Assembly: GCA_937997485.1 (NCBI GenBank) | Contig: CALKTH010000009.1 | Coordinates: 187,538-251,537, forward strand | From: an uncultured Acidimicrobiales bacterium | GTDB taxonomy: Bacteria > Actinomycetota > Acidimicrobiia > Acidimicrobiales > SZUA-35 | Length of the DNA: 64,000 nt | Reading direction: 5' to 3' | Shown: positions 25,699 to 35,837 of the stretch, in pieces | Layout of the letters: each line of letters begins with the position of its first letter | Numbering within the stretch: position 1 is the stretch's first letter | Program-made: the position numbers and the translations under genes | Notes under the pieces: model-generated | The model's database searches: none | Seen by the model: the letters and a program-made list of their open reading frames with translations, nothing else | What the model was told of the DNA's origin: nothing

Positions 25699-27002
25699 AC
25701 GCGAACACCCGGCTCAAGTCTGGTGAGTGTTCCGAACGAGCTGCGGATCGCCGACGTGGCCATGCCGTCAGTGAGGCCCGCGTGCGGCTCAGCTTCAGCA
25801 TCGAGTGAACCAGCCCGCTGGATCCACGCTGCGGTCTGGCACAGCGAGGCGTGAAGGTCGCGACCGTGACCTGCTTCGAGCGCTCGAACGATGGCTCCGG
25901 CGAGACGGAACCCTGTGGTGTAGTCGGTTGCCGCCGCTGGCAGCATCGTGGGGGCTGGTGCATCCGGCTGAACGGCATCGAAGTCGGCGAGGCCCGACAC
26001 GGACTGCGCAAGCTGCTCCCATCCAGCGCGTTGGGCGAATGGCCCGGTGGGCCCGTAGCACGACACCGACGCATGAAGGCCAGTGAAGCCGTCGGTCCGT
26101 AGCGAGCCTGCATCGAGTCCGAACCGCTCGACGACGCCGGGCCGGTAGCCCTGCACGATGACATGAGCTCGCTGAGCGATGTGGCGAAGATCCTGCAACT
26201 CGTCGGCGTTCGTGAAGTCACAAAAGGCTCGCCGCTTTCCGTGGCCGGTGTCGATGACGAAGACAGGCACGTTCGGCGTCGCTGGACTCGTCACCTGGAG
26301 AACGTCGGCGCCCAGGGCGGCCAAGGTGCGCCCACAGGCCGGACCGGCGAGCACTCTTGTCAGATCAAGCACCCGCAAACCTGCCAGCGGCCGACGGGAC
26401 GCCGGTTCCCAACCGGCGATCGGATCGATCGCCGGACCCGTGATGACGGTGGGAAGCGCCTGGACGGCCGACCCGTGCTCGTGGTCGTGCCACTCGGCAG
26501 TGGTCCGCAACATCGCGCCGCACAGACGTCGGTCGGCGATCTCGTTCTCCAGATCCTGGGCCTGCCGTGTGCGGCACGCCGCGGCCACGACATCGAACGG
26601 AGCGTCGACAGCCACACCGAGAAGCTCAGCGAGTCCTGCCTGGAGATGCGGGAACCCACCGTGGAGATAGACCCACCGGCCGTCGGCGCAGCGATGGGGC
26701 CGAACAAACGGGTTGGACTGGTTCGTTCTGGCCACGGGCTCGCCGTCGACGCGAAGGAGTCCGAAGGAAATGATGGCCTGCGCGCCTTCCTTGACCGAGG
26801 TGCTCACCGGTCCCGGATCGCCACCAGCGACGATCGAAAGCGTTCTGGCGCCATCACCCACCTCCGCCAAGGCCAGCGCTGCGACCTCGCCGATTCGGTG
26901 CCTGGTGGGCAGCCATGGATCGTGACCTTCGACGTAGAGATCAGCGCCGGACAGTTGGAGGTGCCCAGCCGCGGCGAGTCGATCGATCTCTGCGGGGTCC
27001 AC
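25614..27002 (-). CDS. CoA transferase family III (CaiB/BaiF), two-domain type
   Basis: LAGLRVLDLTRVLAGP, DTGHGKR, VQGYRPG; 3' end overlaps the PAP2 gene by 85 bp. Confidence 0.88.
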   Translation of the reverse strand: MDPAEIDRLAAAGHLQLSGADLYVEGHDPWLPTRHRIGEVAALALAEVGDGARTLSIVAGGDPGPVSTSVKEGAQAIISFGLLRVDGEPVARTNQSNPFVRPHRCADGRWVYLHGGFPHLQAGLAELLGVAVDAPFDVVAAACRTRQAQDLENEIADRRLCGAMLRTTAEWHDHEHGSAVQALPTVITGPAIDPIAGWEPASRRPLAGLRVLDLTRVLAGPACGRTLAALGADVLQVTSPATPNVPVFVIDTGHGKRRAFCDFTNADELQDLRHIAQRAHVIVQGYRPGVVERFGLDAGSLRTDGFTGLHASVSCYGPTGPFAQRAGWEQLAQSVSGLADFDAVQPDAPAPTMLPAAATDYTTGFRLAGAIVRALEAGHGRDLHASLCQTAAWIQRAGSLDAEAEPHAGLTDGMATSAIRSSFGTLTRLEPGVRVQGLDVSWRSPSASLGSSSLSWRGFSNW

Positions 27003-27008
27003 TTCGTG

Positions 27009-27815
27009 TCAGGCGAGCGAACGGCGAAGCTTGGCCAGCAACGCGTCGAAGATGCCGGGCAGCTCTCCAGCCCGCCGACCGAACGCATGGATGGGCGCTC
27101 GCTCGCCGTGGGCTTGGTTCACGATCACGCGTTGCGGAATCGACGGCGACCACACAGCTTTCGAGCCGACCATCTTTGCCAGTTCCTGTTGACGCAACTG
27201 GGCGTCGGAGGACACGGCGGGGACACGGTTGAGAATGACGCCAGCAAGATCTAGCGCTGCGTTGTCGGACTCCCACACCTGCTCGACCAGATCGACGACG
27301 GGATTCACGCCGCGCACCCCGAAGATCGTGGGCTCCACCACCAGCAGGGCCTGGCTGGCGGCAGCGAGAGCGTTCTGCGTGTTCAGGCCAAGTGACGGGG
27401 CACAGTCAATGAGCACAAGATCGAAGGTGGAGGCCACGCCATCGAGCGCTTTGGCCAACCGGCGGGCCGGGTCAGCGCGCCGTACGTCGGTCTCGCGTTC
27501 GGTGAGATCCCCGGCGGCCGGCAGAAGCCAGATGGTGTCACCCCAGCCCGACGGAACGATCATCGGCCCGGCCGCACCGGTGGCGTTCGCGGCGAGTGCA
27601 TCACCGGTTCCCCAGTTCTCGGTACTGGGGTCGACGCCAAGGGCCCACGTTGCGTTGGCCTGTGCGTCGAGGTCGACAACGAGCGTCCGGACCCCGGCGG
27701 TCCAGGCGGCGGAGGCAAGCCCGAGAGTGACAGTGGTCTTGCCGACCCCACCCTTCTGGTTCAGGACAGCGACGGTCGGACCGGTGGCGAGAGACGAGTT
27801 GGAGCTGGAGGACAT
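27009..27815 (-). CDS. ParA/Soj-family ATPase
   Basis: NQKGGVGKTT deviant Walker A, VVDLDAQAN, LIDCAPSLG. Confidence 0.92.
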   Translation of the reverse strand: MSSSSNSSLATGPTVAVLNQKGGVGKTTVTLGLASAAWTAGVRTLVVDLDAQANATWALGVDPSTENWGTGDALAANATGAAGPMIVPSGWGDTIWLLPAAGDLTERETDVRRADPARRLAKALDGVASTFDLVLIDCAPSLGLNTQNALAAASQALLVVEPTIFGVRGVNPVVDLVEQVWESDNAALDLAGVILNRVPAVSSDAQLRQQELAKMVGSKAVWSPSIPQRVIVNQAHGERAPIHAFGRRAGELPGIFDALLAKLRRSLA

Positions 27816-27835
27816 CCGCCCATGATCGCGCACCT

Positions 27836-28507
27836 TCACTCCCGGGAGAGGGGAATGTCCTCGAAGAGCGGATCTTGACGGTGCACAACCTTCTCCGACA
27901 ACCAGTGCCGCCGACAGCGCAGGTCGTAGGTGACAACCGGTGCCGGCTCGTTGCTCGCGCCACTCCCGGCGTCGTCGCCGTTGCCGGTGTCGCCCACAAC
28001 CTTGAGCTCGCCGTCGTACACCTGGCGGCCGTTGACCAGCCGGGCGTTGTGAGTGGCTCGGGCGCCGCACCAGCAGCGAGCCTCGACTTGGATTTCGGAT
28101 CGGATGTCGGCCATTTCCAGCAGGCGCTGGGTCCCGGGAAACAACTCGCCTTGAAAGCTCGTGAGCAGTCCAAACGCATAGACGTCGATGTCGAGTTCGT
28201 CGACCACCCGAGCCAACTGGTCGATCTGACGAGGCTCGTAGAACTGGGCCTCGTCGCAGATCACTGCGTGCAGTCCAGAACCTCGAAGATGCTCCATGGA
28301 GATCACTCGGAACAGATCGACGGTGTGGTCAAGAATCAGTGCTTCGGCGCTGACCCCCAGGCGGCTCGACACTCGGCCCTCCTGCCGATCGAGCTGAGTG
28401 ATCAGCAAGCAGTCCAGTCCTCGACCGGTGAGGTTGTGGCGGATCTGGAGGGCCAGGGTCGACTTTCCGGAGCCCATGGTCCCGAAATGGAAGCGCAGTT
28501 CTGCCAT
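27836..28507 (-). CDS. tdk: Thymidine kinase
   Basis: GTMGSGKST, ICDEAQF, CWCG Zn site and YDLRCRRH. Confidence 0.92.
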   Translation of the reverse strand: MAELRFHFGTMGSGKSTLALQIRHNLTGRGLDCLLITQLDRQEGRVSSRLGVSAEALILDHTVDLFRVISMEHLRGSGLHAVICDEAQFYEPRQIDQLARVVDELDIDVYAFGLLTSFQGELFPGTQRLLEMADIRSEIQVEARCWCGARATHNARLVNGRQVYDGELKVVGDTGNGDDAGSGASNEPAPVVTYDLRCRRHWLSEKVVHRQDPLFEDIPLSRE

Positions 28508-28610
28508 CGGCAGCGAGAGTAGCTGGTGGGGACATCCGTCGATGTGCTCGCCTGTGCCGCAGTGGTGACCGGGGCCCTTCGTTGTGACCCTAGAGTTCTG
28601 ACCCGATCCC

Positions 28611-29381
28611 ATGAAGAGCCCGTTGACTCCCCACTTCGAAGATGCGCCATCCCCTCGTCGGGGCATCTCGGCGTGGGTCGGCCGCCCCGTGTGGCTCGAG
28701 GCACGGAGTCCGATGGAGATTCGCACGCTGCGCCGACATCCGCTCTGGACGGGCGAAGGCGTGCCACCGGGTGAGGGGCGTCCGCTCCTCATCTTTCCGG
28801 GTTTTCTGGCCAGCAAGCGCAGCACGGGGGCACTCCACCATGTGATGAACGCCGCCGGGTGGGACGCTCGAGTCGCACCGGTCGGACGCAACGCCGGCCC
28901 GGCCCAGCACAGCGTCGATGCCGCCGAGGGAACACTGCGGGCGCTGATTGACGCCCACGACGAGCCGGTGACGATCGTCGGCCACAGTCGGGGCGGGCAG
29001 TTTGCTCGCATTCTGGCCGTGCAATATCCCGAGCACATCCGGCAGGTGATCGCCGTGGGCACGCCACTCACGGTGAAGTACCCGAGCTACATCGTGGTGA
29101 AGGCCCCAGCCGAGGCGCTGGACAAAGCTTGGCGCAAGGGAGCCTTCGGCCACGTTGACGTCGAGCGTGAGCAGTGGGTGGACGACCACCGATACATGCC
29201 ATTCCCTGACTCGGTCGACCTCGTGTCGGTCTGGTCACGTTCCGACGGCATCGTCGACTGGCGTCTGTCGCTGGAGCCGGCGGCCCGCAACATCGAGGTG
29301 GATGCCTCACACATGGGCCTGCTCAACAGCGTGGCTGGCATCAAAGGCATCGCCCACGCCCTCGAAACACATCCAGACTGA
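28611..29381 (+). CDS. Alpha/beta hydrolase (esterase/lipase)
   Basis: IFPGFL, VGHSRGG nucleophile elbow, SDGIVDW, SHMGL. Confidence 0.88.
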   Translation: MKSPLTPHFEDAPSPRRGISAWVGRPVWLEARSPMEIRTLRRHPLWTGEGVPPGEGRPLLIFPGFLASKRSTGALHHVMNAAGWDARVAPVGRNAGPAQHSVDAAEGTLRALIDAHDEPVTIVGHSRGGQFARILAVQYPEHIRQVIAVGTPLTVKYPSYIVVKAPAEALDKAWRKGAFGHVDVEREQWVDDHRYMPFPDSVDLVSVWSRSDGIVDWRLSLEPAARNIEVDASHMGLLNSVAGIKGIAHALETHPD

Positions 29382-29400
29382 CGAGTTCGAACGCTGCCGA

Positions 29401-30312
29401 TCAGAGCGCGGCGAGAAACCGTTCGATCACCACCGCCAGCCCATCGTCGTTGCTGGACGGGATGATGGCGGTGGCCACATCCTTGGCGTCGTCGGTTCCG
29501 TTGGCCATGGCATAGCTTTGGCCCGCCCAGTCCAGCATGGCCACGTCGTTGTGGTTGTCGCCGAAGGCCGCGACATCAGCCGACGTGAACCCCAGATCGG
29601 TGACCAGCGCGTCCAGGGCCGTGGCCTTGGTGACGAGGCGAGCACCCACCTCGATGAAGCGAAGGCCCGAATAGCTCGGCACGCCGTGATCTCCGAGTGC
29701 ACTGCCGACGGCTTCGAAGAGATCCTCCACCGTCCGGGCTGGGTCGAAGACCAGCACCTTCTGCAGCGGACCATCGAATGCGTCGAGGATGTCGTCGACC
29801 GGGGGCACGGGCGGTGACTGAGGAACGACCTTTTCGAATCCCGGCTCGTAGGCCATCGAGTGTTCCATTTCGAGGGCAAAACGGGCGCCCGGAAAAGCTG
29901 CTCGCATCTCATGCACCAACCCGCGAGCGATGGCCTCGTCCATCCACACACCACGGACCAGCTCGCCCGAGTTGAGATCTCGAGTGATGGCGCCATTGGC
30001 GAACACCCAGGTGCCGCCAAGCCCGAGGGCATCGATCACATCATGGGCAACCATCTCCGGCCGACCCGTTGCGGGGACCACGTGAAGCCCTGCGTCGCGC
30101 GCATCGTGCAAGGCGTTCCTGACCCGGGGAGAGAGCGTTCCGTCGAGCCGCAACATGGTGCCGTCGATGTCGGTTGCGATCATGCGGGGCACCCGCACCG
30201 AGGGAGTTTTCACCCGGTCATGATGGGCGTTTCGCGGCGAAAACGACGACCCAGCGAGGATCTCCGCTGGTGAACGCTTTGTTACAGACCCGTGGTGGCG
30301 CGCGATGACCAC
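29401..30312 (-). CDS. Cof-type HAD-IIB hydrolase
   Basis: ATDIDGT, ATGR, AFGDNHNDVAML; real start probably downstream of 30312. Confidence 0.9.
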   Translation of the reverse strand: MVIARHHGSVTKRSPAEILAGSSFSPRNAHHDRVKTPSVRVPRMIATDIDGTMLRLDGTLSPRVRNALHDARDAGLHVVPATGRPEMVAHDVIDALGLGGTWVFANGAITRDLNSGELVRGVWMDEAIARGLVHEMRAAFPGARFALEMEHSMAYEPGFEKVVPQSPPVPPVDDILDAFDGPLQKVLVFDPARTVEDLFEAVGSALGDHGVPSYSGLRFIEVGARLVTKATALDALVTDLGFTSADVAAFGDNHNDVAMLDWAGQSYAMANGTDDAKDVATAIIPSSNDDGLAVVIERFLAAL

Positions 30313-30410
30313 CCATCGGAGGGGGATATCCTCTCAGGACTTCGTGGGGAGCGAATTGGTGCGGCCAAAGGGCTGCGCTGAGCTGCTTGCGTTGTTTCCG
30401 CTAACAAAAC

Positions 30411-30435
30411 GTGCGTAACGCACACATCTCGTGTG
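30411..30435. promoter_or_regulatory. Overlapping palindromes GTGCGT-A-ACGCAC and CACAC-N5-GTGTG upstream of the nucleoside ABC operon
   Basis: Read directly at 30411-30423 and 30421-30435. Confidence 0.4.
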
Positions 30436-30484
30436 AGTCCTTGGGGAGAACTAGGGGCTCGACGGGAATGGATTGGAGAAGACC

Positions 30485-31693
30485 ATGAAGCGCTCTTGGC
30501 AAATGATGCTCGCGCTCCTCGCCGCCCTTGCCCTCGTGGCAGCCGCCTGTGGTGGCGGCGACGAAGAGACCTCTGACACCACGGCCGCTGCGGCCGAGGC
30601 AGAGACCGATTCCACCGAAGCTCCTGAAGAGGATGCGATGGAGGAAGAGGACGCCATGTAAGAAGACGCCATGGAAGAAGATGCGATGGAAGAGGAAGAC
30701 GCCATGGAAGAGGTCGCTGCTGGCGACTTCAATGTGGGTCTCACCTACGACATCGGTGGCCGTGGCGACCAGTCATTCAACGACTCCGCTGCTGCTGGAC
30801 TCGACCGTGCCAAGGCCGAGATCGGTGTGACCGGTTCTGAGGCTGAGCCGAACGCAGACGGTTCCGACCGTGCGCAGCTGCTCCAGCTCCAGGCTGACAA
30901 CTCCGCTCTGGTGATCGCCGTTGGCTTCCTCTTCGCTGGCGACGTCGCTGCTGTTGCGGCGGAGAACCCTGAGGTGAACTTCGCCGTGGTCGACGACGCC
31001 ATGCTCGACTTCGACAACGGTGGCGTGCCGATCGGTGACAACATCGCTGGCCTGACCTTCGCTGAAGAGCAGGGCTCGTTCCTCGTGGGCGCCGCTGCGG
31101 CGCTCAAGAGCGAGACCGGCACGCTCGGCTTCATCGGCGGCGTCGGTGGCTTCGGTCTCATCGAGAAGTTCGAGGATGGCTTCACCGCTGGTGCTCAGGC
31201 TGTGAACCCCGACATCGTCGTGATCCCGCAGTACATCACCGTGGCCCCTGACTTCGACGGCTTCTTCGCCGCCGACCGTGCCCAGGAAATCGCCCTCACC
31301 ATGTACGACCAGGGCGCAGACATCATCTACCACGCTGCTGGTGGCTCCGGTGCTGGCCTCTTCGAAGCTGCCAAGAGCCGCTCGGAGAGCTCTGGCTCAC
31401 AGGTTTGGGCCATCGGTGTCGACTCCGACCAATACAACACGGCCGGTGCTGACTTCCAGCCCTACATCCTGACCTCGATGCTCAAGCGCGTTGACGTTTC
31501 CGTGTTCGAGATCACCAACGCTCAGGCAGCTGGCACCTTCACCGCCGGCAACACCGTGTACGACCTCTCGGTCGACGGCGTTGGCTACTCCACCACCGGC
31601 GGCTACCTGGACGACATCGTCGACCAGCTCGAAGCCTTCAAGGCGCAGATCATCGCCGGTGAGATCGAAGTTCCGACCGCACCCGCGGGCTGA
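30485..31693 (+). pseudogene. BMP/PnrA-family nucleoside-binding lipoprotein interrupted by in-frame TAA (30659-30661)
   Basis: Lipobox LVAAAC; EEDAM repeats with TAA where other units have GAA/GAG; same frame continues into the BMP domain (GGRGDQSFNDSA, FAEEQGSFLVG, AIGVDSDQ). Confidence 0.8.
30626..30706 (+). repeat. Five coding repeats (E)EEDAM
   Basis: Five 15-18 bp units ending GAY GCS ATG. Confidence 0.9.
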
Positions 31694-31742
31694 TCTTCTT
31701 CACACAACGCATCTGAAGCACCGCTTCAACTGCTGAATCGAG

Positions 31743-31768
31743 CGGGATCGGACTACTGTCCGATCCCG
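31743..31768 (+). terminator. 11-bp hairpin after the BMP gene (attenuator/stabiliser)
   Basis: CGGGATCGGAC-TACT-GTCCGATCCCG followed by TTCGTCGTTTT. Confidence 0.7.
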
Positions 31769-31810
31769 TTCGTCGTTTTCCCCTCGTTCCCGCACCGAAG
31801 GAGCCTTGCC

Positions 31811-33364
31811 TTGGCCGCCGCCATCGAATTGATCGGCATCACCAAACGCTTTCCTGGCGTCATCGCCAATGACAACGTGAACCTCACCGTTGAGCAGGGC
31901 GAGATCCATGCCATCTGTGGAGAGAACGGCGCAGGCAAGTCGACGCTCATGAAGATCCTCTATGGCATGCAGCCCGCCGACGAGGGTGAGATGCGGGTCA
32001 ACGGCAAGAGCGTGCAGTTCGGATCGCCGACCGATGCCATCGAACAGGGCATCGGCATGGTGCACCAACACTTCATGCTCGCCGACAATCTCTCTGTGTT
32101 GGAGAACGTGATTCTCGGCTCCGAGCCAACAAAGGGTGGTGGCCGGATCGATTTCGACACTGCGGTCACTCACATCTCCGAGGTCGGCAAGGCCTACGGA
32201 CTCGACGTCGATCCCAACGACCTCGTCGAAACGCTCGAGGTCGGCGAACAGCAGCGAGTCGAGATCATCAAGGTGCTCTACCGGGGCGCCAAGATCTTGA
32301 TCCTCGACGAGCCCACCGCCGTCCTCGTGCCCCAAGAGGTCGAGGAGCTCTTCAAGAACCTGCGAGAGCTCAAGCGTGACGGCGCCACCATCATCTTCAT
32401 CGATCACAAGCTCCAGGAGGTCCTCGAGATCTCCGACCGCATCACCGTGATTCGGCGGGGCAAGACCATCGACACGGTGAACGCGGCCGATGTCACGGCT
32501 GGCGATTTGGCCGAGCTCATGGTCGGGTCCGAGCTCCCCAGTCCGGAGACCTCCGACTCCACCGTGACTGACGAAGTTGCGCTGGACGTTCGAGACCTCA
32601 CCGTTCTTGGTCCGGACGAGCGCCCGGTGGTGGACGACGTCTCAGTCGCCGTGCGCCGAGGCGAGATCGTTGGCATCGCTGGCATCGAGGGCAACGGCCA
32701 AACCGAGTTGGTCGACGCCATCATCGGCACCGTCTCGCCGCTGGCCGGCACCATCGCCCTGCTCGGCCAGGACATCACCAATCGATCCGTCCGGCAGCGG
32801 CGGGAGGCCGGATTGGGATACGTACCCCAGGACCGGCACCGAGAGGGACTGCTCCTCGACGCCCCGCTGTGGGAGAACGCAGTCCTCGGCCACCAAACCG
32901 AAGAGCCCTACGTGAAGGGCATGTGGATCAATCGATCAGGAGCTCGCAAGCAGACCGAGCACATTCGGAGCGAGTTCGATGTCCGCTCCCCCAATGTCGA
33001 CGTCTCGGCCCGGGCACTCAGCGGCGGAAACCAGCAGAAGCTCATCATCGGCCGAGAGATGACGGCCAACCCGAACCTGCTGATTGCGGCTCATCCCACA
33101 CGAGGAATCGACGTGGGCGCCCAAGCCGAAGTCTGGAATGACATTCGCCAGGCCCGAGCCGAGGGCTTGGCCACACTGCTCATCTCCGCCGACCTCGATG
33201 AGTTGATCGGACTGTCCGACACCATCGTGGTGATGTTCCACGGCAAGCTCGTGGCCACCCTCGATCCGGCCGAGATCACCCCCCGCCTGCTCGGCAGCTA
33301 CATGACCGGAGCAGCGCTCGAATCTGGTGCCGAGTCTCCGGACAGCCAGGAGGTCTCATCATGA
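31811..33364 (+). CDS. Nucleoside/sugar ABC transporter ATP-binding protein (two NBDs, NupA-like)
   Basis: GENGAGKST, ILDEPTAVL, LSGGNQQK, HPTRGIDVGA. Confidence 0.95.
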   Translation: MAAAIELIGITKRFPGVIANDNVNLTVEQGEIHAICGENGAGKSTLMKILYGMQPADEGEMRVNGKSVQFGSPTDAIEQGIGMVHQHFMLADNLSVLENVILGSEPTKGGGRIDFDTAVTHISEVGKAYGLDVDPNDLVETLEVGEQQRVEIIKVLYRGAKILILDEPTAVLVPQEVEELFKNLRELKRDGATIIFIDHKLQEVLEISDRITVIRRGKTIDTVNAADVTAGDLAELMVGSELPSPETSDSTVTDEVALDVRDLTVLGPDERPVVDDVSVAVRRGEIVGIAGIEGNGQTELVDAIIGTVSPLAGTIALLGQDITNRSVRQRREAGLGYVPQDRHREGLLLDAPLWENAVLGHQTEEPYVKGMWINRSGARKQTEHIRSEFDVRSPNVDVSARALSGGNQQKLIIGREMTANPNLLIAAHPTRGIDVGAQAEVWNDIRQARAEGLATLLISADLDELIGLSDTIVVMFHGKLVATLDPAEITPRLLGSYMTGAALESGAESPDSQEVSS

Positions 33365-34506
33365 ACACTCCCCTCCTCCGGCGGGTTCTCCTCGCCCTGG
33401 CGGCGCCCGCGCTCGCTGCGGCCTTCGCTCTGTTCGTGTCGTCCATCGTGCTCGCACTGTCGGGCAGCAGTTGGATCGACACGTACTCCGAGATGCTGTC
33501 GAACGCATCGAAGCTCGAAACGATGGTCGACATCCTCAATCGCGCCACGCCGCTGTACATCGCCGGCGTCGCCGTGGCCATCGGCTTCAAGATGAACCTG
33601 TTCAACATCGGTGTCGAGGGCCAGTACGTGCTCGCCTCGTTCATGGCGGCATGGGTCGGCGCTTCGGTGGTGCTCCCGGGACCACTCCACGTCGGACTGA
33701 TCTTGCTGACAGCCATGGTGGTTGGCGGCGCCTGGGCCGGACTTGCCGGCCTCCTGAAGGTCACTCGAGGCGTGAACGAGGTGATCGCCACGATCATGCT
33801 CAACTTCATCGCCATCGGCGGCATCATCGCTGCCTTGCTCCCGAGGGCCATCGAGGACCCGACGGCCGCCAACCAGGGCACGGCAGTGATTGCCGAATCT
33901 GGCTGGTTGCCGAACCTCAACGGAATCCTCGAACTCGTCACCCGGGAGATCACGAAGGGACGACGCCTCAGCGGCATGTTCCTGATCGCCATCATCCTCG
34001 GCGTGGCCTACCACGTCATCGTCAACCGCAGTCGGTTTGGATTCGACCTCCGATCGAGCGGCATGAACCCGATGGCCGCCCGAGCAGGCGGCGTCCCGCC
34101 CAAGCGGATGATCCTGGTGGCCATGCTCGCTTCTGGCGCCGTGGCCGGACTCATCGGTATGCCCGAGATCCTCTCGGACAGCCACAGCTACGACCAGGGC
34201 TTCGTGCGAGGACTCGGTTTCGCTGGTATCGCTGTCGCACTCCTCGGCCGCAACACTGCGCCGGGGATGGCCATCGCCGCCCTGCTGTTCGGGTTCCTCG
34301 ACACCAGCTCCGCGCCGCTGCAGGTGACGGGCACCGCCAGTCCGGAGATCGTGGTGATCATGCAGGCCACCATCCTGCTCACCGCCGTCATCGCCTACGA
34401 GGTCGTCAACCGCATCCGCCAGACCGACGAGGTCCGGCGAGCGGCACAGGCCACGGAGTCCGCTGATCCCGCCGCCGATGTTGCAACCGCAGGAGCCTCC
34501 GCATGA
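33361..34506 (+). CDS. Nucleoside ABC permease (NupB-like)
   Basis: LFNIGVEGQ, GVNEVIATIMLN, GFAGIAVALLGR. Confidence 0.92.
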   Translation: MNTPLLRRVLLALAAPALAAAFALFVSSIVLALSGSSWIDTYSEMLSNASKLETMVDILNRATPLYIAGVAVAIGFKMNLFNIGVEGQYVLASFMAAWVGASVVLPGPLHVGLILLTAMVVGGAWAGLAGLLKVTRGVNEVIATIMLNFIAIGGIIAALLPRAIEDPTAANQGTAVIAESGWLPNLNGILELVTREITKGRRLSGMFLIAIILGVAYHVIVNRSRFGFDLRSSGMNPMAARAGGVPPKRMILVAMLASGAVAGLIGMPEILSDSHSYDQGFVRGLGFAGIAVALLGRNTAPGMAIAALLFGFLDTSSAPLQVTGTASPEIVVIMQATILLTAVIAYEVVNRIRQTDEVRRAAQATESADPAADVATAGASA

Positions 34507-35837
34507 CCGCTTGGAAGACCCTCCCCGCCTGGGCCCGCTGGGCCGGAATCGCCGCCATCGGCGTCTTCGTCCTCGCCGTCGTCCAACAGGTCAGCGGCAC
34601 CACCTTGTTGACCAGCCCGAATGCTTCTGGCGGCATGCTCCGCTGGTCGATGCCCATCCTGCTCGCTGGCCTGGGCGGTCTGTTCTCCGAGCGAGTCGGC
34701 GTGGTCAACATCGGGCTCGAGGGAATGATGATCCTCGGCACCTGGTGTGGTGCCATGGGAGCGTTCGAATTCGGACCTTGGGGTGGCTTGCTCTGCGGTC
34801 TGATCGGTGGCGCTCTCGGCGGGCTTCTCCACGCCGTGGCCACCGTGCAGTTCGGCGTCGATCACATCATCTCCGGCGTTGCCATCAACATCCTGGCCCC
34901 GGGCCTGGCCCGCTTCCTGTCTGATCGGTTCTTCCCTCAGCGGGGTGGCTCGATCTCCCAGAGCCCGCCCGTCGACGGCATTGGCGACTTCACCGTTCCT
35001 GTCCTTTCCGATGCGTTCGCCGCCGTGGATGACCTCGACCTGTTCTTCATCTCCGACGTGGCTGGCCTTCTCGAAGGAGCCGTCACCGACCTTCGATGGT
35101 TCACGCTGCTCGGCCTCCTGATGGTCCCGTTCTCGGCCTGGCTGCTGTTCAAGACCCGAATCGGCCTTCGTATGCGAATCTGCGGCGAGAACCCCAAGGC
35201 GGGCGAATCGCTTGGTGTGAGCATCTACGGCCACAAGTACCTCGGCGTCATCATCAGCGGAGCGTTCGCAGGCCTCGCCGGCGCCTTCATCGTGATCGAG
35301 CTCACCGGCCTCTACCGCGGCGGCCAAACCAACGGCCGGGGCTTCATCGCCCTCGCTGCGCTGATCTTCGGCAACTGGCGGGCAGGCGGGGTCATGGCTG
35401 GTGCCATGCTCTTCGGCTATCCGTTCGCCATCTCGCTCAGCGACTTCGATGCCAGCGGCAGCGGTATCGCCACTCGAGCGCTCCTTCTCCTGGTCGTCGT
35501 CGGGCTCACGGCCTTCGCCGTGTACGCCTATCGACGCGACGGTGGTTTGGGCGCACCCGCCTCTGTCACCGACGCCGAACTTTCGGCAGACCTGGAGCGT
35601 GGCTTGACCGAGAGCTACGTACGGTCGGTCCAGGGCTTCGCCCGCTGGGGCAACTCTGCGCTGGCCGGTGGTCTGGCGATCATCATTCTGGCCTGGTACC
35701 TCCTCACCGAACGAGCCGCCGATTGGGTGCCAAACACGATGCCGTACGCGTTGGTGCTGATCGTGTTGGTGTTCGCGAGCCAGAGCCTCAAGATGCCGGC
35801 GGCGATCGGCCAGCCGTTCCGCAAGGGCGAGACATGA
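34503..35837 (+). CDS. Nucleoside ABC permease (NupC-like)
   Basis: ERVGVVNIGLEGMM, GENPKAGESLG, GRGFIALAALIFGNW. Confidence 0.92.
   Translation: MTAWKTLPAWARWAGIAAIGVFVLAVVQQVSGTTLLTSPNASGGMLRWSMPILLAGLGGLFSERVGVVNIGLEGMMILGTWCGAMGAFEFGPWGGLLCGLIGGALGGLLHAVATVQFGVDHIISGVAINILAPGLARFLSDRFFPQRGGSISQSPPVDGIGDFTVPVLSDAFAAVDDLDLFFISDVAGLLEGAVTDLRWFTLLGLLMVPFSAWLLFKTRIGLRMRICGENPKAGESLGVSIYGHKYLGVIISGAFAGLAGAFIVIELTGLYRGGQTNGRGFIALAALIFGNWRAGGVMAGAMLFGYPFAISLSDFDASGSGIATRALLLLVVVGLTAFAVYAYRRDGGLGAPASVTDAELSADLERGLTESYVRSVQGFARWGNSALAGGLAIIILAWYLLTERAADWVPNTMPYALVLIVLVFASQSLKMPAAIGQPFRKGET

Noticed and set aside
30659-30661. In-frame stop in the BMP gene as a Sec/Pyl recoding site
   Set aside because: The codon is TAA, not TGA or TAG, and it replaces Glu in a low-complexity linker rather than a catalytic residue
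35096-35833. 608-aa ORF as a fusion of an unknown domain to adenosine deaminase
   Set aside because: The upstream part overlaps the permease in another frame; add starts at ATG 35834, overlapping the permease stop
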